Shown: piece by piece, positions 39,235 to 47,389 of the stretch
Layout of the letters: each line of letters begins with the position of its first letter
Numbering within the stretch: the stretch's first letter is position 1
NCBI GenBank assembly: GCA_050253415.1
Contig: JBFWJC010000001.1
Span: 968,679 to 1,032,678, forward strand
Reading direction: 5' to 3'
DNA length: 64,000 nucleotides
DNA from: Pedobacter sp.
GTDB taxonomy: Bacteria; Desulfobacterota; Desulfuromonadia; Desulfuromonadales; Syntrophotaleaceae
Position numbers and translations under genes: made by a program
The notes under the pieces: model-generated
What the model was told of the DNA's origin: nothing
The model's input: only the letters and a program-made list of their open reading frames with translations
Databases searched by the model: none

Positions 39235-39780
39235 ATGTCCATCACCCCGATAGATATTCAACAGCACCGTTTTAAAACCCGCCCTTTTGGTTACGACAAG
39301 GCGGGGGTCGATTATTTTCTTGAGCAGGTTGCCGATGAACTGGAACGCTTTCATCTGGAAGTCCAGAAACTCAAGGAGGAACTGTCACGCACCCGTAGTG
39401 CTCTGGACGAAATGAAACAACGCGAGGTGACTCTCAAGGAAGCCTTGTTGACGACCCAGAGGATGACCGACGAGTTGAAGGCCAATGCTCGCAAGGAAGC
39501 GGAAATCGTGATTGCCGAAGCCGAGCTTCAGGGCGAAAGGATTGTACATGAAGCCCAGCTTCGCCACGGGGCCCTGCTTTCTGAAATCCAGGAATTGCGG
39601 TGCCAGAAGGTCTCCTTTGAATCGGGGTTGCGAGCCGTGGTGGAAAGTCATATGCGTTTGCTGGAATTAAATTCCCTGCCCATCAAAGATCAGGCGCGTT
39701 TTCAACCGGTAATGATGGAAATTCTGGAGGAAGATGTGCTGACGCAGCTTTCCCCCCCGGGGGAGGAGGATGCAGGCTGA
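39235..39780 (+). CDS. DivIVA domain protein
   Basis: ITPIDIQQHRF...GYDKAGVDYFL followed by a coiled coil. Confidence 0.9.
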   Translation: MSITPIDIQQHRFKTRPFGYDKAGVDYFLEQVADELERFHLEVQKLKEELSRTRSALDEMKQREVTLKEALLTTQRMTDELKANARKEAEIVIAEAELQGERIVHEAQLRHGALLSEIQELRCQKVSFESGLRAVVESHMRLLELNSLPIKDQARFQPVMMEILEEDVLTQLSPPGEEDAG

Positions 39781-40067
39781 TGCCCGCATGTCTTACCCAA
39801 ACCGACGAAGGTCTGCTGCTTGATGTGCATGTACAACCGCGTGCCTGTCGCAATGAGTTGGCCGGCCTTCAGGGGGATAGCCTGAAAGTTCGTCTCACCT
39901 CGCCGCCTGTCGAGGGAGCCGCCAATAAATTGTGCCGCGAATTTTTTGCAAAATTGCTGGGGGTTGCCAAAAGCCGGGTGACCCTCGTTTCTGGTGAAAA
40001 ATCCCGTCACAAACGCCTCCTTATCGAGGGTGTTACCCTCGAAGACGCCGAAAAAAAACTTTTTTGA
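39780..40067 (+). CDS. DUF167 (YggU) family protein
   Basis: VQPRA, PPVEGAAN and GEKSRHK. Confidence 0.92.
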   Translation: MPACLTQTDEGLLLDVHVQPRACRNELAGLQGDSLKVRLTSPPVEGAANKLCREFFAKLLGVAKSRVTLVSGEKSRHKRLLIEGVTLEDAEKKLF

Positions 40068-40209
40068 CTTTGTGGTCCTGAAGGCCCCCTCCTTGTAACA
40101 ATCCCATGTCGATTCACGGTAGGCCATTTACCTCAAAGGACTTTAAGGGTAAAATTATAACAAGGCCAGTCATAATAGGTCGCTGCGGAATGGAAAGGAG
40201 CGGTGGACC

Positions 40210-40452
40210 ATGGCATCCAATGTTGTAAATATCGACATGCATAGCAAACACCTTGAGGAAATCCGATCTCTTAAACGGGAAAATGAAGAGCTCAAAGCCA
40301 TCAACAAGGATCTGCTCGAACGCCTTGAGGGGTTACACGGCGAATATCAGGAGTTGCGTTTTTACATCAAAGGGATGGCTTCCCACGGTGAAGTTCTTGC
40401 GCTGAGGAAAAAAATTCTGGAATTGCAGAACGAGTTGCATTTCCGGCGTTGA
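40210..40452 (+). CDS. Hypothetical coiled-coil protein (80 aa)
   Basis: AAGGAG RBS and heptad pattern. Confidence 0.7.
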   Translation: MASNVVNIDMHSKHLEEIRSLKRENEELKAINKDLLERLEGLHGEYQELRFYIKGMASHGEVLALRKKILELQNELHFRR

Positions 40453-40723
40453 AAAACGCAGGGTGGCTACCGCAAGCGTACGTTAAACGTCATGAAACTA
40501 CCTTGGGTTGCAATCGGTTGTCATTTGCTCTGATGCACCAGGCGTATTTGCGCAGGTTGGGTGCGCAAGGGCTGCCGCCTATTCGCCTGGACCGCAATTT
40601 TTTGATAACGATCCGTCCGGTTCGTTGGAAATGTGTCAGCCACAAGGGCCCCTGTCGTCAGAGAATGAGAGGATCGTGCGTCTTACCTGCAACGGCGCCC
40701 GCAGCAGCGGGCGCCGTTGCTGT

Positions 40724-41230
40724 TTATGGGGCGGTGTCGGGTGCTGGCGGTTCGCCGCTGAGTTCGGACAGGTCAAGCGTTCCTTTTTTTGAAAAACTGC
40801 GTGCTCGGCTGCCGATAAGGTAATTACCAAGAGTTACCTCCCCGGAAATTTCATAGGGTAAAGGTTTATTATGCTCAAGCAGGGGCCCCAGGCGCAGCAA
40901 ATTGAAATAGGAGGTCGATAAGCGCAGCGGCAGTTGACCGTATTGATGAGCGTTGAGGCGGATGCTGTCCAGAGATACCCCCTGGGCAATACGAATATTG
41001 TTAATAGACAGCGCATAGCGTAGGTCACGCACATTGATACTGAAATCGTTGGGATTGAACAGGTTTAAGTCGGCAGTAAGGATGGCGTGGCTCAAGGTCA
41101 GGTTTTCCACCTGCAATCCCACCAGGGCGACCTCGGGAGGTTCTGCGCGAAATGCGGCGCAGCCGGATAACAGGGTAACCAGCGCAACGAAGGGCAGCAG
41201 GCGATTCAAAAAGCGGGTGCGGATGGTCAT
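40724..41230 (-). CDS. LEA_2 family lipoprotein
   Basis: Lipobox LSGC; NPNDFSINV motif. Confidence 0.85.
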   Translation of the reverse strand: MTIRTRFLNRLLPFVALVTLLSGCAAFRAEPPEVALVGLQVENLTLSHAILTADLNLFNPNDFSINVRDLRYALSINNIRIAQGVSLDSIRLNAHQYGQLPLRLSTSYFNLLRLGPLLEHNKPLPYEISGEVTLGNYLIGSRARSFSKKGTLDLSELSGEPPAPDTAP

Positions 41231-41308
41231 GGCGATCTCCTCGGTTGTTGCCGGCTCCATGGTTCGTGATGGTCTTATCGGTAACGGCCGTCGATATCCA
41301 TAAATTTA

Positions 41309-42457
41309 TCAGGATTTTTTGCGTTCGCTGATCCAACGCGTCAATCGCAACAACAGTCCCTGACGGGTCATGAGGGCTCCATAGGGGCACAGTTCCTGAC
41401 AGCAAAAACATTCGATACAGCGCTTGTAGTCGATATGCAGGCGGCCATGGGCCAGGCGCATAGCCTGGGGGGGGCAGTGTTTCACGCACAGACCGCATTG
41501 GCGGCAACGATGGTGGTCGACATAGGGACGGGCACTTAAAGAGCGTCGCAGTGGGGAGTGCAGCCATTGCGGAAGGCCCCAGACCATGTCGGCGCTCTGG
41601 GCCGGACGGATGCGCGGCACCGCCAGGTCCTCCAGCGAATCGCCGAGCAGTTTAACATCGGCAAGCTGACTGCCGCATCGCTGCGTTTGTTGCGCCAGGC
41701 GCTGGGTCCATACGTCCGCAGTCGTCATGCCTACCAGGCGGGTTGCGACGCTGTCGACAGCCAAGGCGTCGGAACCGGCCAGCAGGGCTCCGATGGGGAC
41801 GGGATCACCGCTGCCGGGGCCATTACCTTCCATGCCGACGATGGCATCGACGATAGTCAGGGCCGGACGGATATGATCAGCCAGTTCCAGCAGCATCAGG
41901 GCGAACAGGCTTTTGTCGGCGCCGGCCTGCAGGTGCAGGGCTGGTTTACGCATTCCGACCACCGCGCCGAACAGGTTTTTGACTCCGCAGGTCAAGCCCA
42001 TCATGCCGTGGGTCTTGAGTTTGGGAAGGTTGATGATGACCTCGGCATCAAGGATATCCTGAGCCAGTTCCAGTTGCCGGAAGGTACGACCGACCGGACC
42101 GATACGGACCGAGTCGCAAAAAGGAGCGAATGTGGCGCCGGTATCTTCGATGACCGCCATAATGCCGCAGTGGCGAGCCACCTCTTCGGGAGTACCGATC
42201 CCCGGTGAGTCGCCCACCGATACGATGCCGCCAGCTGCCTGGGCCAGGCGAATCACCGCGCGTACTACTTCCGGATGGGTGGTTACCGCCTTGTCAGGGG
42301 TTTTGCCTGCGAGCATGTTGGGTTTGATTAATACCCTTTGTCCGGGCTGGACAAAGGCCGCCATGCCGCCGAGTTCACGCATCAGCCGCTCAAGGGCTTG
42401 TTCCACTGTGGTACGGTGGTAATCGGTTGCTGCCACCAGGGCGACGCGGTGAGTCAT
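41309..42457 (-). CDS. DUF362 protein with a C-terminal 2x[4Fe-4S] domain
   Basis: VLIKPN, TTHP, PKLKTH, KNLFG and EGNGP; CRQCGLCVKHCP and CIECFCCQELCP. Confidence 0.9.
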   Translation of the reverse strand: MTHRVALVAATDYHRTTVEQALERLMRELGGMAAFVQPGQRVLIKPNMLAGKTPDKAVTTHPEVVRAVIRLAQAAGGIVSVGDSPGIGTPEEVARHCGIMAVIEDTGATFAPFCDSVRIGPVGRTFRQLELAQDILDAEVIINLPKLKTHGMMGLTCGVKNLFGAVVGMRKPALHLQAGADKSLFALMLLELADHIRPALTIVDAIVGMEGNGPGSGDPVPIGALLAGSDALAVDSVATRLVGMTTADVWTQRLAQQTQRCGSQLADVKLLGDSLEDLAVPRIRPAQSADMVWGLPQWLHSPLRRSLSARPYVDHHRCRQCGLCVKHCPPQAMRLAHGRLHIDYKRCIECFCCQELCPYGALMTRQGLLLRLTRWISERKKS

Positions 42458-42849
42458 GCTGCCAGAATTCGGATATGCAGCTTGCGGCGGCGCGGGCCGT
42501 CGAATTCGCAAAAATAAATCCCCTGCCAGGTACCCAACACCGGCTTTCCGTCTTCGATCAACAGAGTCTGGTCCACGCCCAGCAAAGAGCTTTTGATGTG
42601 GGCATCGCTGTTGCCTTCGGCGTGGCGGTAGCCGGCATCGCGCGGGGCAAGGCGCTGCAGGCCAAGCAGGAGGTCGTGTACCACATCGGGATCGGCGTTT
42701 TCGTTGATGGTAATGGCGGAGGTGGTGTGCGGCACATGCAGATAAGCCATTCCGCGACCGATCCCCGCATTGCGAATCGCCTGCCGGACCAGGTCGGTAA
42801 TGTCGATCATATCTTCACGCTTATGGGTTGTGACATCCAGGGTGATCAT
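42454..42849 (-). CDS. YjbQ (UPF0047) family protein
   Basis: PHTTSAITINENADPDV, HAEGNSDAHIKS and LGTWQGIYFCEFDGPR. Confidence 0.93.
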   Translation of the reverse strand: MITLDVTTHKREDMIDITDLVRQAIRNAGIGRGMAYLHVPHTTSAITINENADPDVVHDLLLGLQRLAPRDAGYRHAEGNSDAHIKSSLLGVDQTLLIEDGKPVLGTWQGIYFCEFDGPRRRKLHIRILAA

Positions 42850-43676
42850 GGCTGCGGCTCCTCGAGATAGGCGATGATGCGTCGGACAACCGATGGGTAA
42901 AACAACAGGGAGGCGTGGCCCATGCCGGACAGTTCCTCATTGGATGTTCCGGCCAAAAAGGCATTTTCCGCGGGCAGAACCATGTTGTCATGGATGGAGT
43001 AGATATTGAGGATCCCGGTGCAGTCCGGCCACGCAGCGGCAGCCAGGCGTTGCAGAAATGCGGAGCCCGGTACCAGCAGCAGACCCAGGGGCGAAAGCGC
43101 AAACGGCGCCAGTTTGGATCCTCCGTGTGGAGCGCCGAGAAACACGCAACGCTCTATTTTTCCGGCACCACCGCGAATCTGCAGGTAATTGCGGGCGATC
43201 AGGGCGCCCATGGAGTGTCCTAGCAGGTGCACCCGGCTAACACCATGCCGATGGCGCAAGGTATCGACCGTTTTGGCCAGTCTTTCGGTAAGAACTTCCA
43301 CGTCTTTCCAGGGAGGCAGGGAGATGGCATACAGAGCCGTGTGCCCGCGTCGCCGCAGATTCAGCTTGAGCCACCACCAGCAGGCACGACTCTGAAACAG
43401 GCCGTGCAGCAGGATAATCGGGGTCTGTTCGCGGGTGATGGGCGGCAATTTGCGGTTGAACCATCCGGCAGGCTGCAGTAGGATGGTCACCATCAAACAG
43501 GCCGCTTCGCCGAGGATCAGACCTGCTGCCAGAACCAGTTGCGCCAGGCGAAAACGGTAAAGGATCAGTTCCGGATTGCGGTTGGCGGATTCGTACCAAT
43601 ACGCCGCGTAACTCAGCGTCGTCAGGCCGATAATTACCCCGAAAAAAAGAATCGCTATTTCGAAGAAAAGCTGCAC
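42846..43676 (-). CDS. Membrane-anchored alpha/beta hydrolase (lipase/esterase-like)
   Basis: Two N-terminal TM segments, LLHG, GHSMG nucleophile elbow and PHGGS. Confidence 0.85.
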   Translation of the reverse strand: MQLFFEIAILFFGVIIGLTTLSYAAYWYESANRNPELILYRFRLAQLVLAAGLILGEAACLMVTILLQPAGWFNRKLPPITREQTPIILLHGLFQSRACWWWLKLNLRRRGHTALYAISLPPWKDVEVLTERLAKTVDTLRHRHGVSRVHLLGHSMGALIARNYLQIRGGAGKIERCVFLGAPHGGSKLAPFALSPLGLLLVPGSAFLQRLAAAAWPDCTGILNIYSIHDNMVLPAENAFLAGTSNEELSGMGHASLLFYPSVVRRIIAYLEEPQP

Positions 43677-43781
43677 AGTTCCTCCTGTTGGAGCTCATTA
43701 TGGCATGCCCATGCGTAAGCGTCAACGCGCTCATCATGCTTCGTGCCAACCTTTTTTACAGGTCCTGAAAGGCCCCCTGCC

Positions 43782-44702
43782 GTGGACAGCTTGATAGACC
43801 GCTTCTGCCATCATCTCGAAGTCGAGCGCAACCTGTCGCCGCATACCTTGCGTGCCTACCGCCAGGATCTGACCGAATTCGCACGATTTCTCAGCAACGA
43901 TGCAGACACGAAAGGGGGGGCGCCACACACGGTTTCCCTTCGTCAGGTTGATACCCTTGTGTTGCGTCGTTATCTGGCCCGTTTGCACAAGACCAACCGC
44001 AGGACCAGCATCGGTCGTAAACTTTCAGCCGTGCGCAGCTTTTTCCGCTATTTTGTCCGCCAGGGGGAACTGGAGGTCAATCCTGCCGAAACGATCTCTA
44101 CACCGAAACGGGAACATTATCTGCCCAAGGTATTGACCGTGGACGAGGTGTTCGACCTGATCAAGGCCGCCGATGGCGGCGAGCCGTTGACGGTACGCGA
44201 TCGGGCTATCCTGGAGCTGTTCTACTCCAGCGGACTGCGGGTAGGGGAGCTGGCGGGGCTCGATGTCGGTCATCTCGATCTGCGCGAGGGGCTGGTCAGG
44301 GTCAGGGGCAAGGGTGACAAAGAGCGTATCGTGCCCATGGGCCGGCCGGCCCGGCAGGCGCTCGGACGGTATCTGACCGAGCGCGGTGCTCCCGATCGCG
44401 TTCAACCCCTGTTTCTCAATTATCGCGGCGGGCGCCTGTCTGCCCGCAGCATCGAGCGCAATCTCAAAAAATGGTTGCTGCGCGCCGGGATCCTTAAGGA
44501 CGCCTCGCCCCACGCCTTGCGGCATTCCTTCGCTACCCATCTGCTCGATGGCGGCGCTGACCTGCGCGCCATTCAGGAACTGCTCGGTCATGCCTCCTTA
44601 TCCACTACCCAGAAATATACCCAGGTCAGCCTCGATCGGTTGATGGATGTTTATGATCGCGCCCATCCGCGAGGGCGCAAAAAAGATCGTAACGAGGAAT
44701 AA
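43782..44702 (+). CDS. xerC: Tyrosine recombinase XerC
   Basis: SPHTLRAY, RDRAILE, GLRVGE, GKGDKER, HALRHSFATHLL and LGHASLSTTQKYT. Confidence 0.88.
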   Translation: MDSLIDRFCHHLEVERNLSPHTLRAYRQDLTEFARFLSNDADTKGGAPHTVSLRQVDTLVLRRYLARLHKTNRRTSIGRKLSAVRSFFRYFVRQGELEVNPAETISTPKREHYLPKVLTVDEVFDLIKAADGGEPLTVRDRAILELFYSSGLRVGELAGLDVGHLDLREGLVRVRGKGDKERIVPMGRPARQALGRYLTERGAPDRVQPLFLNYRGGRLSARSIERNLKKWLLRAGILKDASPHALRHSFATHLLDGGADLRAIQELLGHASLSTTQKYTQVSLDRLMDVYDRAHPRGRKKDRNEE

Positions 44703-44712
44703 GCTCAGCGTG

Positions 44713-46101
44713 TTATTTCTTACCTCGCCCCCCCTGCTCTTTGTCGGAACCGGTTCTCATGGTGATGCGGTAGATAAAACCGGCGCGGTCGTCGGACAGA
44801 TACAGGGCGCCATCGGGACCGACGGCCGGCCCCACCGGACGACCCCATGCCGTGCGTCCCTGCAACCAGCCCCTGATAATATCCTGAGGCGGCCCGCTGG
44901 GGCGACCGTTTGCAAAGGGGATACCGACCAGTTTGTAGCCGGTGGGCACGGTGCGGTTCCATGAGCCGTGAAACGCCACGAACAGCATGTCGCGATATGC
45001 TCCGGGAAAATCCAGACCTCGACCGAAGGCGATACCCAGCGGAGCGGAATGAGCCTGCATATCAACCTCCGGCGGAAGAGTCTGGCGGCACCGCTCGTTG
45101 TTACCGAAGTTGGGGTCGGGGATGCGCTGGCCATAACAGAACGGCCAGCCGTAATCGCCGCCAGCGACGATGCGGTTGATTTCCTCTGGAGGCAGATCAT
45201 CGCCGAGCCGGTCGCGACCGTTGTCGCTGGCCCACATTTCGCCGGTTTCGGGGTGCAGGGCCAGACCGACACTGTTGCGCAGCCCGCGGCCATAAATTTT
45301 CGCCGGCCCACCGCCATGCGGTATGCGTAAAATCGCCGCGCGTCGAGGATCCTTTTCGATACAGACGTTGCAGCTGGAGCCTGCCGCCACGAAAAAATCG
45401 CCCTCCGATCCGACGATCACGCTGCGGGTCCAGTGTCCGCTGCCGCCGGGCAGATCCGTGGAAATGGTCTCGATGCGATCCGCATGTAAATCACCATTTT
45501 TGTCGGGCAGACGTATCAGGCGTGCCTGTTCGGCCACCACCAGGTCGCGTCCGTCGAAGGCGAGGCCATGGGGCCGATTGAGACCGTCGGCAAATACGAC
45601 CAAACGGTCGGCGACGCCGTCGCCGTTGCGATCTGGCAGCACGCCCACCTGGCCCACATGGGGCAACGATACATACAGATCCCCGTCAGAACTGAAGGCC
45701 AAAATTCGCGGAGCCTGCAGGCCTGCGGCAAATACGGAGATCTTAAGACCGGGAATGGCTTGCAGGTTGTGCGGGGCGGGTTTGACGACATTGGCCAACG
45801 CGTTCGGGATATACAATTGCACCGTGGTCAATCCGGCTTCGTCGGCGTTTGCAGGCTCATTTCCCGCAGGCCAGATAACGAAAATTACCCCTAGGGTGAC
45901 GGTTGCAGCTGCTGCCAATTGAGCGACAGCGCATCGCCAGTTCAGCTGTCGCGTCACGATCAGAAACGACAGGGCGGCCAACGCACAAGGAAGCAGGGCG
46001 TACCATGAAGAAGAGGGTGGTTTGAAATACAGAAAGCTGCCCAGCAGGCAGGTGGCAAAAAAGGCGGCGAAACCAGGGATGGTCAGCATCAATTTGGACA
46101 T
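44713..46101 (-). CDS. PQQ-dependent sugar/sorbosone dehydrogenase family beta-propeller protein with N-terminal TM segments
   Basis: DRNGDGVAD, GSSCNVC, GLRNSVG, DNGRD, YGWP, AHSAPLG and HGSWNR. Confidence 0.85.
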   Translation of the reverse strand: MSKLMLTIPGFAAFFATCLLGSFLYFKPPSSSWYALLPCALAALSFLIVTRQLNWRCAVAQLAAAATVTLGVIFVIWPAGNEPANADEAGLTTVQLYIPNALANVVKPAPHNLQAIPGLKISVFAAGLQAPRILAFSSDGDLYVSLPHVGQVGVLPDRNGDGVADRLVVFADGLNRPHGLAFDGRDLVVAEQARLIRLPDKNGDLHADRIETISTDLPGGSGHWTRSVIVGSEGDFFVAAGSSCNVCIEKDPRRAAILRIPHGGGPAKIYGRGLRNSVGLALHPETGEMWASDNGRDRLGDDLPPEEINRIVAGGDYGWPFCYGQRIPDPNFGNNERCRQTLPPEVDMQAHSAPLGIAFGRGLDFPGAYRDMLFVAFHGSWNRTVPTGYKLVGIPFANGRPSGPPQDIIRGWLQGRTAWGRPVGPAVGPDGALYLSDDRAGFIYRITMRTGSDKEQGGRGKK

Positions 46102-46267
46102 AAAAATCCCTCTGGAGATTTGGAAGCGTACATAAAGCATATCACGTGCAAAGATGATAATGGTTGCAGGAAGTGATAAGCTCACTTCCATAAGACAAAA
46201 TCCGGAAGGGACCCGGGTCTATTTACTCATACAACACACACTTAAGTCGACCGAAGGGGGAGATGCC

Positions 46268-47029
46268 ATGACCTATATGCTGAACCTTATTATGAACCTT
46301 GCGGTGCTCGTTGTCGGCTGCATGATCTATCTGCGCGTGCGAAAGCTGCATCGGCAGTTCAATCAGATGAAAAAGAAATTTTTTGATGAAACCGATGTTC
46401 ACATTCGCAGCCATTTTCCCCAGATGGAGTGTCTGCTGGGGCTTTACTATGAACTGGATTTGCGCAAAAGCCTGCCCTTGACGCGCGGTTGGGCCGGGTC
46501 GCCCGATTTCCTGTGGCACCTTACCCGCCACGCCAGAAAGAATTGTCCTCAAGTCGTCGTGGAGTGCGGCAGCGGCACAAGTACCCTTATTCTGGCCAGA
46601 TGCCTGCAATTGAACGGTGCAGGACATGTTTACAGCATGGATCACGACCCGGTGTTTGCGGAAAAGACCCGTCAGGAATTGGCGTTTCATGGTTTGAGTG
46701 AATGGGCAACGGTGTTCGACGCTCCGTTGCAAAAACACACCCTGAAAGGCGAGGAATGGCTCTGGTACGCACCGGAGGTGCTACCGGAAGGCCTCGGTAT
46801 CGACATGCTGATCATCGACGGACCGCCGGCATCGACCGGTATAAATGCACGTTATCCGGTGGGGCCTCTCCTTTTTCCCCTCATCAATCCTGGTGGTGCG
46901 GTTTTCATGGACGACTATGCCCGTCCCGACGAAACGGCGATTTCCAAGCTCTGGCGGGCAGAATGGCAGGATTTTTCTTTTATCGATATGCAGGCCGAAA
47001 AAGGCCTGCTCTGTATGATAAGGGACTAG
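46268..47029 (+). CDS. Class I SAM-dependent methyltransferase (Methyltransf_24-like) with an N-terminal TM helix
   Basis: VVECGSGTST, IIDGPP and FMDD. Confidence 0.8.
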   Translation: MTYMLNLIMNLAVLVVGCMIYLRVRKLHRQFNQMKKKFFDETDVHIRSHFPQMECLLGLYYELDLRKSLPLTRGWAGSPDFLWHLTRHARKNCPQVVVECGSGTSTLILARCLQLNGAGHVYSMDHDPVFAEKTRQELAFHGLSEWATVFDAPLQKHTLKGEEWLWYAPEVLPEGLGIDMLIIDGPPASTGINARYPVGPLLFPLINPGGAVFMDDYARPDETAISKLWRAEWQDFSFIDMQAEKGLLCMIRD

Positions 47030-47194
47030 TAGGTTGTCGGACTATCCATGAGCCGGCTGCAAATTCGGCTATTTGGCCCATATTTCAGCTCCTTTTCGGC
47101 CCATAGTTACAGCTATGAACCTTCAAACGAGCTGAAATCTGTTCTCAAACACCCAAATTTTCGCTTCGGCACGTATCGTCCGACAGCCTCCTAG
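47026..47194. mobile_element. MITE-like non-autonomous element (169 bp)
   Basis: Left end CTAGTAGGTTGTCGGAC versus reverse complement of right end CTAGGAGGCTGTCGGAC (15/17 match); internal inverted repeat ATTTCAGCTC/GAGCTGAAAT; no transposase-like ORF inside. Confidence 0.65.
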
Positions 47195-47389
47195 GCGGTT
47201 GTCGGGTGCGTTGGGCAGTCCCAGCTGTGCCGCATATTTCGTTCCGGTACGATTCATGACTTATCGCAGCCCTCGTACAATGAGCTTGAACCCTTGGATT
47301 GAACAGTTAGACTATTTAATAATAGTGTGAGCATGCGATCTGTGATGCTTTCCGGCCTATCTACCGGTCGCGAATCCAGGAGGGCTAAC

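Noticed and set aside
43782..44702. Prophage or island integrase
   Set aside because: Length and motifs fit chromosomal XerC; no att repeats, tRNA or phage genes were seen.
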